Positions 53,316-64,000 of a stretch of 64,000 nt of DNA are shown here, one piece after another (the first letter of the stretch is position 1; every line of letters begins with the position of its first letter). Where the stretch lies: contig OZ059895.1 in the NCBI GenBank assembly GCA_964057225.1, positions 8,804,001-8,868,000 of the forward strand, written 5' to 3'. A program made the position numbers and the translations under genes. The stretch is from Auanema rhodensis. Its lineage: Eukaryota > Animalia > Nematoda. The notes beneath the pieces are model-generated. The model ran no database searches and was not told where the DNA came from. It saw nothing but the letters and a program-made list of their open reading frames with translations.

Positions 53316-56300
53316 TTATCTACTACTATCAAATCTATCTCCTTCGAGAGGAGGAGCTGTGCGAACAGCTTGTCGGGGATGAGCAAAAGAATGCATCTGA
53401 TCACGTTCATGATCCAATCTAATATGTGCAACTAAGAGATCTAAATCTAAAAATTTGCGTCTACATATTTTGCAAGTGTAATCAGTAAGTCCTCTGAAAA
53501 ACGTAAAAACTTAAGAGTATTGAAGGCAAAATAAAAATACCTGGGCGGAACGAAAGGCATCGTCTGATTAACTTCCGAAGGTGCTTCTACCGTGGCCAGG
53601 GGATCTATAATCTAAAAATACAAATAAGCAAAGGATTAAGCAGAATTATGCTCGTACTCTAGCTGTTTGAGCGACCTCGTGATCCTCGGAAGCGAAGTGG
53701 CTGTCGCTAATCGCCTGAGTTGGTAAATCAACCTCGCATACATCACACCTGAAACAGCGGGATTAAATAAAGTAAATAATATTGCTATTCAACAAATCAC
53801 CTTCTATAAAAGTCAACAGGCTTAGGAGGTAACAAAGCCACGCATCTATCGTCAAATTGATTATATGGATAAGCGTGAAATGACACTAAATATTAAAAAG
53901 GTTTCTAAAAGTAAAACATCAACTCAATACCAGAACTCTGAGTAGATTTTTGTAGTGTATCCAAAGTATTTTTAGTTTGGATATTCAACAGTTGATTATC
54001 CATTAGTTCAATACGCATACTGTAATTTTGCTCTGCTAAATCTCTCAAATTTGATAATGAAATGGAAGAAGTAGTATCAATCTGAAATATGTAAATATAT
54101 AGTTAAAGAATACAACAAACTAACTCCTTCTCGAATAGCCTGGGGCTCGCGTGAAAATTTGACCACATATTCGGTTAAAGAAATTCGCTTAGCGGTTATA
54201 AAAATAGTGAAATCAACTTCTTCTTCATCACATAAATTCTAAATAAAATTATTTTCAAAACGCTGGAAAATCTGTTCAATACCTCGTGTGGCGCTGGAGT
54301 GAAAGCACTTTCTTTGTTTGAAAGAAGAGTTGCACCTTCAACTCTCGAAAATTGTGCCATAGTATCCAATAAGCTTTTTTGATTGTCCTATAAAATAATA
54401 ATATAGTCACGTTAAATCTTTTTTTTTCATCAATTTACAGCACTTTTTAAAGTTTTCTCTGTTTAAAAAAAAAGAAAATTCATGAAAAAAGGCTTTCAAT
54501 TATAATGAAACTTATGGATATGTAAAAACCCAAAATCAGGACATATCTTAGTCCAAAATGCAGAGCCACATATGCGTTCTACCAGCTAATTAAAAATAAT
54601 ATAGATATATGTATTACCTTAACAACGTTGATAGAGTAGCTTTTAACAGGAAATAAGTTAGCTGATGTTGCAGCAGGCTTATGTTCAATAAGCTGTAATA
54701 ATTTTGATTGAGGATCAACATTTTTAAAAAAAAAACCGTTACTTCAATAGAGGTCTTGTTTAACATTAAATCGGGCTTTGAGTTGTCAATCAAAGAAATA
54801 GGGCGATAATTCTATAAAAATTAAAACCACAATATAAAAAAAGTGTGTTTTTACGGAAGATAAATCATGTGTATTCTTGCTCTTAGGACATTTGGTGGTA
54901 TCATGGTGGTTGGATTCATGTGATTGTCTTGCGGCGCTAGTTCTAAATAGAAAAATAATAAGTAATTAAATAATATAGAATACCTGAAAGTATCCTCACA
55001 GAATCGACATTGTAATGGCTTTTCACCGGAATGTATCCTCAGGTGAAGTGTTAACGCATTTTTAGTATAAAAATTCTATAAACAGCAGTGCTATAAAGAA
55101 GATATTGACTAAAAGATAAAAACCTCTTTGCAAATCGTGCACTGTTCTTCAGGAGCTCCTTTTTCGTGAGTTTTCTTATGTGCTTTCAGAGTACTTTTAA
55201 CACTAAAAGCTCTATCACAAAGATCACATTTGAATGGTCTTTCACCTAAAGAGTATGATATTGAAAATAACTTTTTAAAATATAAAACCTGTATGAATTC
55301 GAAAATGTCTTTCCAAATCAGATCTTTTCGAAAATGAAGAGGTGCATTGGTTGCACATATGCTTTTTCTCCACAGCTGGCTCAACAGTGTGCTTGAGCTC
55401 AGGTAAAAACTCGGAAAATCTTCAAAAACAAATTATTGCTATAAAACCTAGTACTTACGATGTTTCATGAGCATCATCTTGAGAACGAACATATGGATGA
55501 GATTCACGAATATGCTCTGCGGCATTACTAGCGCCAAGTAAACTACATTTACAAAGAGGACAATTCATAACAGTAGAATAATGAAGACTTTCCGAAACCA
55601 TACTAAAAAAAAAGTTGTCAAGCAGTTTTCGATTGCAATTACTTTAGCAAATGTTCTGTCAATTGACCAATACTATTGTAAAGATGGAGACAAACAGGAC
55701 ATCTAGTAGCTCTATCATTCGTAGTTTCTTCAATAACTTCTGAATAATTCATATAAACTTTGCAATTATGAAAGCAGAGGCATACCGCCAGTAGTTTCTT
55801 CATGCAACTCAGGTGTCGACGACGGTGGAGGGAAGGGTGTGCTGTATGTAGCGGCATGGTGGCATGGATCAACCGATTGAGCTCTATTCATGAATAAACC
55901 TTCTGCTAATTCACGTCCGGTGAAGTCAGTAACAGGGTAGGACAAGGCGGAATAGTTTGTTAACATCTGAAGATATTATGAAAAATGAATAGAAAAGTAG
56001 GAAGAAGGAAATTTGTGAGCGTACGCGATCTGTTTCATCAACTCTTGAGTGTACTGCTAAATCCTGCTGATTATGTCGATGATATACTTTAACATGATTT
56101 CCGTATTGAACTCGACCTGCCAGTACCATTGGACAATATTCACAATCAATAGGAAATCGACTATGGATATCCCGATGTATTCTCAATAGTTCTTTAAAAA
56201 AAGGTATGAAGGAAAATCTCAACAAAAAAACCTATGGTTCTGAACGATTTATGGCACCTCCAGCATATGTGTGGTTTTAGACCTTGATGCCAAGCTTTGT

Positions 56301-58720
56301 GTTCTTTATGAGATTTAAATGAATAAAATGAAGCAGAGCATTGCTTACATTCATATGGTCTATAAAAACGTATTCATTGCTTAGCTAAGTCATGAAGAAG
56401 CTTACTTTTTGGATATCATGTTGCTCATAATTCTTTTCGATGAAGAAGATACGCCCGAAAGTTCTATCACACTAATTACTTCATTTTCATTTGAAATGCG
56501 ATTGCATCTATGTTTATCCAATTTATGTATAGTTGAAAAACGCTAAACATTTGGATTATATACAATGCATTGGAAAATACTTACTTGACCGCAATCTCTA
56601 CATTCGTAACTACTTTCATGGGTAAGCATGTGTTTGCGTAAATTAGACTGTGATGATAGCTAAAACATGTTCTCATTATTTAAGAAAGGAAATAGTATAA
56701 TAGTACATGTTTCAAACATATTGTGCACTTTGGATCAGTCAGAACAGGATCATCCACATCTTTGCGAGCATGAAAATCGGAATGTAGTTTGAGCGAAGAT
56801 CGTAATTTAAATCTTAAAAAAAAATTATTTAAAAGAATTACAATAATGATTCTCACCTTTTTGAGCACCGATTGCATTTGAACGGTTTTTCTAACTCGGC
56901 GGTTAAATGAACGCTTTTATGCCGTAATAAGCTAGACTTAGTATGAAACACAAGTGGGCAAACTTCGCAAGACAAAATATTGCTAGCTGAAAGATTAGAA
57001 TAAGCAATGATTTTGATTATGTCATACGTTTGAAACCATGAACTTTAGCAGTATGTCTTCGCAACGTTGCTTGACTTGAAAATTGACAAGGACACAAATT
57101 GCAATCAAATAATACTCTATCACTATCCAACGGATGAATTCTTTTAACATGACGTTCTAAATTGCACGGCTGCAACGAAAATAAGGTAATAATATAAGAA
57201 CTTTAAGCAGTTACTTTTGAAAATGATTGGCCACAGATTTTACAGGTATGAACTTTGGCATTAGATGAATGAGCTTTTTTTTTATGACTTAAAAGACCCG
57301 ATTGATGAGAAAATTTCTTGTCGCAAAGAGGACATGACCAATTAGCACTACCTACAAAGGATTTCTAAAACATTTAGCTAACAGTCAAACCAACTTTCAT
57401 GAACAGCATTATGACGTTTCAATTCCGACGGCCGCCGAAATGACTTTGAACAGATAGGACACATATATACACAATTTTTCTTTTTAGAAACATTTGACCC
57501 GTCAGCCTGCTTTATTTTCGCTGAACGTTTCTTATCAATTTTTCTGTAAAAATTAGAAGTGACTACTAAAATATAAAAATAGCTTACATGTGTAATGAAT
57601 GAACGAGTCGATGCGACTCAACCTTTTCCATTTCTATTAATTTATTGCATTTTGAACAATATCCTACTTCCTTCGAGAACCCCCTTTTTTCCTTTTCCTT
57701 TTCTGAATGTTGTATACGTTTGTGTCGTTGAAGAAGTTCCTATAAAAAAGTAAATAACAAGTTTTAATAAAAATGTAATATTAACTGGAAAATTGAATTC
57801 TTCAGTACAATAATTACATGTAAAGGTATCTGATTTTCCATGAGTTTTAATATGACCTATGTATGAATGATATCGTTGAAAATTCTTTTTTTTTTTTTTT
57901 GGAGCTTCGCAAAAACTACAATACTGTCCAACTGAAAAGTTGTCCTATAACAAAATTAAATAATCCGTTTAAAAATTGAAAAAACTAACAGCTCTAGAGT
58001 GCTCTACAATTTCATGGACTGCCAAATTTTGAGAATAATTAAAGCGATCACCACATATTGCACATCTTCAAAAATTATTAAACAGTAAAAACAAAATAAA
58101 ATGTACTTACATGAATTTTTTCCGCAGAATACAACTTGACTCATCGTGATTGTCTTTTTTAATGTCTACCACTTTATCGCAATCAATACAATGTGCTTTT
58201 GTTATAACTTCCTAAAAAATTTAAACCCTAGTTTGCTCGAATAATATACGACATACATAGTAAACTTGGTTTTCCTCACTACAATTCGGGCCTCCCCTAA
58301 TCCCTGATTGGCCGAAACCATCACCTCCAACGGAAGGAAACGAAAAATTTACCCATTCTAAAGAATTGAAACTTGTCTCCTCGCAAGAAGAATTTGCTAT
58401 ACCTTCATCTTCCCCTTGTTGGTTATCATATGGTATTTCGTCAATTTCGGACCCGTATTCATACTCAGCCTCTTCCTTTAATAACTAATATAATTAGTAC
58501 CCCAATGATTTCACTACCTGATAAACGCTATTCGATTCATAAGGATAATGTATTGCTATAGAGGGTTGCCAATTTGGGTTCTCTTCCTCTACTTGCTCTT
58601 GTAGGACAGCTACAATAATATGTGTTGCAAGTAATCACAATATAACTCACTTTCTGGTTGTAAAGATATCGCAAAACTTTGGGTTGGATAGAATTGAAAG
58701 TCTATGTCCTGTTCGGTCAT
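53316..58720 (-). CDS. Multi-C2H2 zinc-finger transcription factor (ZNF236-like)
   Basis: Many CxxC-x12-HxxxH fingers (e.g. GERPFKCDLCDRAFSVKSTLKAHKKTH, HSGEKPLQCRFC), an acidic N-terminus (MTEQDIDF..) and a final finger CKICRRKFLDLDLLVAHIRLDH. Confidence 0.88.
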
Positions 58721-58820
58721 CACATACTGAAATCTTTATTGTTAAAATCATATTTACAGATAACTCAATCATAAGAATAAATACAATTAAAAAGTACACA
58801 ATAAATTAATAGTAAAAAAG

Positions 58821-59399
58821 CTAAAAAGCATTTTTTAAATTTGATAGTCCAGGAAGATCCGGCAACTTCATATCCTTTAGTTGTTGAGGAAGATTCATAT
58901 TTTTTACAGCAGACACAGCACGTGCAGGAGCTGCTGATATACCAGCTTCTTGTTTTTGAAGTTTCTCTTGTTCTTGTATTCTCATAAGTATTTCATTCAT
59001 ATTAGTTTCTAGTACCATTCCACCCATGACAATTTCACTGAGAATGTGATGAACCTTATCAACGTGAAATATGAGATCCAATTCGCAAACATTTTCAAAA
59101 CAGCGATCCAAAGTTTCTACAAAAACCTGTATGAGATCTAGTATGCCCAATTCGCTTTCAGAAGAATCAACACAAAATATGAAATAAAGTGTAGCATAGT
59201 GTCGATATATGAGTCGATAATCATTTCCATCTATTAGAGTTCCACCCTCAAGAAAGTTACAAACGTTATCATCCCTCTTAGAAACTAATTGAAATGTTTC
59301 ACGAACGATTTGTTGCTGCATTTCTTCTGAATAATGCTGATAAAATTTAAGCAATCTAGGCTTTCCATGATTATTGATAACCAGAATGGCCTTAATCAT
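58821..59399 (-). CDS. aps-3: AP-3 complex sigma subunit, CDS intronless
   Basis: MIKAILVINNHGKPRLLKFY..IYRHYATLYFIFCVDSSESELGILDLIQVFVETLDRCFENVCELDLIFH..PARAVSAVKN. Confidence 0.97.
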   Translation of the reverse strand: MIKAILVINNHGKPRLLKFYQHYSEEMQQQIVRETFQLVSKRDDNVCNFLEGGTLIDGNDYRLIYRHYATLYFIFCVDSSESELGILDLIQVFVETLDRCFENVCELDLIFHVDKVHHILSEIVMGGMVLETNMNEILMRIQEQEKLQKQEAGISAAPARAVSAVKNMNLPQQLKDMKLPDLPGLSNLKNAF

Positions 59400-59820
59400 A
59401 TTACCTAAAATAATAAAATATAAATTTATCCAATTTATCCGAATCAAACAAAAACAAATAAAAATTATTCAAAAAAGATTAAATATACCGTAAAAACGCC
59501 AATAAAATCGAGTGTGTGAAATATACACAGTCGTTTTCGGGGTAGGCGAGTTTTCCAGTCGGGACGAAACAGAACATCTCCCACATTTTCACGGTAATGT
59601 TAGATTATTTTGGGATCCTCTACTTGTTTGACGTTTAAATAATTTTATGTAACCTTTTTCTAATTTAATTTTACATGATTTTAATGAATTAATGCATTGT
59701 GTGAAAGAATGTGTTACTTATGAGTTACCCAATGAGGTATAATCTTAAATTTGGTTGTTATAGTTGTGTTTTGGTTTTAAGCTTTAACTTTTGAGTCTTT
59801 ACAGGTAACCTTGGGGCAAC

Positions 59821-60469
59821 ATGACTAAGATTCATTACACAAGAAACCCCGAAAATAGCACCAAGTCGTGCAAGGCTCGCGGATCTGATCTCCGTGTTCA
59901 CTTTAAGAATACTCATCAGGCTGCCATGGCCCTCCGCAGCATGCCTTTGAGACGTGCTCAACGTTTCCTCGAGAACGTTAAGGAGAAGAAGGAAGTCGTT
60001 CCTTTCTTCAGATTCAACGGAGGAATTGGACGTAAAGCTCAAGCTAAGAACTGGAACACCACCCAGGGACGTTGGCCAGTTAAGTCTGCCGAGTTCCTTC
60101 TCGACCTCTTGAAGTTAGTTTTTCTTACACTATCTTAAGTTATTTTCATTATTATAGGAATGCTGAAAGCAATGCTGAATACAAGGGTCTTGATGTTGAT
60201 CATCTTGTTATCGATCACATCAACGTCCAAAGGGCTGCTAAGATGCGCAGAAGAACCTACCGCGCTCACGGAAGAATCAACCGTATGATTTTTTTTTAAA
60301 CTCTTTGTGTATTTTGTTAATTTAAGCATACATGTCTTCCCCCTGCCACATCGAGGTTATCCTTTCTGAGAAGGAAGATGTTGTGTCCAAACCAACCGAT
60401 GATGCCCCAAAGGCTAAGAAGGAGTCCAAGAGAAAGCAGAGACGCCAATTGGCTCGTGGAGAGTATTAA
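59821..60469 (+). CDS. rpl-17: 60S ribosomal protein L17 (uL22)
   Basis: [63 protein letters not shown]. Two introns and strong codon bias. Confidence 0.98.
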
Positions 60470-60578
60470 GTTGTTTTTGTTGAAATAAACATTTTGTTCA
60501 TAAAATTTCTATGATTTTGACAACTGTTTATGGCATGGTTACTGTTTATCGAACTGAATTATTGAGTATTGGTATTAG

Positions 60579-61398
60579 ATGCATCTTGGAATTGCCTGTC
60601 GATGTGCTAAAAGCTTAACTGTTATTCCTAGTACGCTAAAGTCTTCTTTGAGAAAGTTAGATAAAGCAAATAAGTTGTTTGTTGAGGTAAATCTTTATGA
60701 GCTCCAAATAACAAGTATTTCGATAGGGAAGCGAAAATTCATTGAAAGAGCTTCAACGGTTATCTCATAAAAGAGGTGAAAACGACGAATTGACATCTAG
60801 GGTTGCTGCTTTGTGTGCATACTTGTCTTTGAAACATGTATAGTTGGATTTATTTAGGATGGAATAGTTCTCTAGTTTTTAGAACAATTTCGTCGAAGTT
60901 AATAAGTCATTGAGTAGGGCCTCATGCTCACCTCCTATTATCAAATTATCTCTAAATGTTCTTCTTCTTGTCGAAACAAATGAAATTGATCAAGCTTTAG
61001 ATGTTCTTGAAGATATATTAAACACAGAAAACGAAATTTTTCTGTCAAGCAATGCATCCATTTCAGATGAGGCTGTAGGTTTTTTAAAATATTCAATTTA
61101 ATTATGTGCTGTTTTCTAGTTGGATTGCCTGTATGAAAAAATATCTTCCTCTAGTAATACTTCGCATCAGGTTAGAAATATTAGTCTTAAATATATCATA
61201 TTATGATTGTAGATGAAACGATTCAGAAAACTTCAAAAATTGTTGACAGTATATAAATGTCGCAGTGAGAAATCACTTCGTGAAATTCTTACCTCTCCTT
61301 TAAACACCGATTATTTGACTGATGATCGACACATAAACCCAAACATAGTTTCTGATAAAATTGTGGAGGAAACCCCTTTCTTTTTGAATAAGTCTTGA
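60579..61398 (+). CDS. Uncharacterised helical protein, possibly mitochondrial; likely operon partner of rpl-17
   Basis: Five exons splice in frame (MHLGIACRCAKSL...EETPFFLNKS*). N-terminus is basic and lacks acidic residues. Starts 110 bp after the rpl-17 stop. Confidence 0.65.
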
Positions 61399-61803
61399 GA
61401 AATATAAATACATTGTTTGATGATGTGATCTCGCTGTACATTTACTCAATTTCGGATAAAATACCTTTAAATTTAAATTTAAATTGGCTCAATGAAAATA
61501 AATATTCAAGAAAAATTGTGAAAAAAAGTTTTTTATTTTTAAATTTTGGGTTCATTCGTACTTGTTTTTTTCCTGTACAACAATAAAATGAATGTGGATT
61601 TCAAAGGATACGTGATGTTTTCTCTCGATTTGCATGTACGCAAAATTTGAATTGATGTAGTTACTTTTACTTTTTGGGATTACTTAATAGTAATGCTTAA
61701 CCTGAACACTCTTTTTTGAGTTTTTACTGTATGCATAATTCAGATATTTTGTATAAGGACACCTGCTTCTAAGTAGTTCCATTTTCTGAATTAACAATAA
61801 TAA

Positions 61804-62900
61804 ATGACCCGACGAAAAATAAAGTTTCGTTCAAATGAAACGGAGTCTGATTCTGAAGATATAGTAAGGAATAGTCAAGAGGATTATAGTACTAAACTTG
61901 AAGTAATTACAACACATAGTTTTTAATTCTTAAATGTTCTTTTCAGAATTATACTTCAGTTAATATTAAGCGAGCTGAAATAGATCCAGAAGTTAGGGCA
62001 TTAATTCAGGATATTTATGATTATCATTTGAAAATTTTTGGTGAACCATTAACAGGGCCTGTTGCTGCATCTGAACCATTACGAGACGGTTTTGCTTGTA
62101 TATTTTTTCAAACTATTTTTTTTTCTAGAGTTCCGAATAATTTACCATGCTATTAACAATGCTGAAAAAATTTGTGCTAAAGCGCTGGAGAAAATTAGAA
62201 ATGGTAAAATCGAAATATTATAATTTAATAATTAATGGTTTTAGATCGAAAATATCAGAAAATTAGGGATTGTGCGTTAGGAAGTATGAAAAATGTGTTG
62301 GAAGAAGCGGAAAATAAAATCGAAGATCTACGTGAAGAAACAAAAAGGTTTTTCAAGAAAATTATTTGAAAAAAATTTTTTTTTAGATTCAAATATAATG
62401 ATCCGCAGCAAAGATCTGCTCTCGCCTTGCTGCAAATTAGGTTTGAAGAGTTGGCATTAGATAGCTGCGGAATTAACGAGTTAGAAGATTTTGAATTGGA
62501 TGGAATACCTCAGAGCGCTAACGCATTGGATAAGTATTCTGATTGTGTTATGGAAAGTTTTCTGAATGTGGGTTTTGATATATTATTTTATGAGAAATTA
62601 TTTTTGCCTGCAGGAGCTTGTATTGAGAGAATCGGATGAGCTTTTTAGACTCAAGGAATTACATGCCAAAGGTTTGGAAGAAATTAAAGCGGAAGGTATA
62701 TTGTTTAAAATAATTTGTTTTTTCATTTAAATGATGTAGAAAGAGCAATAGAGAAGGAGCTATCTGCTGTGGAACGCCAAATCAAAAAGGCTAGAAAAAT
62801 TTGTAAATACAGTAGCATCGCAGAAGAGGTTTGGTTATCTCAAGAATGAGAAATACATGATGCTTCCCAGGTGTTTGATAGTCGCCGAAATGAATTATAG
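61804..62900 (+). CDS. Uncharacterised coiled-coil protein
   Basis: Eight exons splice in frame, MTRRKIKFRSNETESDSED...VFDSRRNEL*, with E/K-rich heptad segments. Confidence 0.65.
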
Positions 62901-63071
62901 AAGATTCCATAATTGTAATTTTAGTTGTTTGTATTTATGTCCTCTACTACTATAAGTAGAAAAGTCATCTCTTGATTTTTACTTCACAATATCATTTTCT
63001 GTGAAATTTTAAATTTTAATTATTCTTTAAAGCTGTACAAAATCAATATGAAGAATTAACAAATTTAACAT

Positions 63072-64000
63072 TTAAGCATTAATGCGGGTATGAGATAATC
63101 TAGTGTTCCAATAACCCAACTTTTGAGTCATGACTAAGTAATCAATGTGCTCTTCGCCGGATTTTCTCTTTTGAATTGGGACATTGTACAAAGATCTAAA
63201 AAAAAATTAGATACAGATGACTGGTTTCATCATTACTCATAAGCCTTGAATAACTTTGTTCCACGGGTAGCCCAGGCATCGGCCTGGTATACTGGCTCAG
63301 GGAGAGAGATAGGTGATTCAATAATCTAAAAGTGATTGTATTAGATGGGGTTAACATTTTAGTGAACCTGATGATCGTATGTTAGAGCATGCATTAAGGA
63401 TTGAGCTTCATCCATCGACATGTTGATTTCATCAATTAATATCTGATAGGAAGGTGCTTTACCAGTTCCCTGAACTTACGTTATCAGGGAAAAAACTCTT
63501 CTCACTCGAAACCTGAATAACTCTGTGCGAATGCAAAAAAAATTCAGTAACATCTTTTCTAACAACAGAAGTATCCGCCACAGTTCCCGGAAGCAAATTC
63601 TCATAAACGCCTAAACACCAAATCAATTCCAATTCCAATTCCAGACCGATTACAACCATTTGTATTACGATAAAATCGAAGGTTGTGTCTCTTTGTTACA
63701 ACGAATAAAATAAATTTAGGCCTCCATTTCTTATTAGACTTGCGAGCAAATTCTTCGCAAGCTTCTTCAATGGCAGCAAATTCTTCTTTGACAACCTATA
63801 ACATTCATATTATTAATTAATCATTGGTATTAGCGTGAAAAATACCATATTATATTGACCTTCAGAGACACCGTCTCTAACAATAACAAAATATTCGGGG
63901 AAATTATATTTCTCCACAAAAGAACTTAGCATCATTTTGACATGTTCATTTAACAAATTACTCGAAATCTAAAAAATCCAACGTCTATATAGAAATTCAA
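63072..64000 (-). CDS. Argonaute PIWI-domain C-terminus, worm-specific clade, CSR-1-like (partial; 5' part outside window)
   Basis: LRDGVSEGQY, VVTKRHNLRF, NLLPGTVADT, EFFLHSHRVIQGT, HQIIESPISLPEPVYQADAWATRG, terminal TRINA*. Confidence 0.88.

Noticed and set aside
59758-60329. Minus-strand ORFs over rpl-17
   Set aside because: Antisense shadows of a codon-biased ribosomal protein gene.

Overview
Eukaryotic, very AT-rich genomic DNA from a rhabditid-type nematode: many 40-60 nt introns, C. elegans-like proteins and operon-like gene spacing. I reconstructed about 20 spliced genes by hand. They are a class A GPCR, nrd-1/SCAF4-8, let-49/MED7, ubc-16/UBE2W, two D-aspartate oxidases, two tandem DXO/Dom3Z/Rai1 (dom-3) paralogues, a SUZ12/MES-3-like gene directly upstream of them, a GT11 fucosyltransferase, two small prepropeptide-like genes, an NMNAT-like gene with a long tail, a tandem galectin, TMEM134, goosecoid/ceh-45, a multi-C2H2 zinc finger gene, aps-3, rpl-17, two unknown genes and the 3' part of a CSR-1-like Argonaute; there is also a tRNA-Gln(CTG). 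The standout is 15627-18840. What looks like a 91/100-bp satellite is, on the minus strand, 35 near-identical 39-40-nt GT-AG introns separating 34 stop-free, phase-0 exons of 51 or 60 nt with combinatorially varied coding sequence. The array sits inside the nuclease domain of one DXO paralogue. That paralogue also carries substitutions in two catalytic motifs and differs from its neighbour in amino-acid patches, although their introns are almost identical. All gene models were spliced and translated manually without RNA data or database searches. Names rest on recalled family motifs, and coordinates may be off by a few bases.
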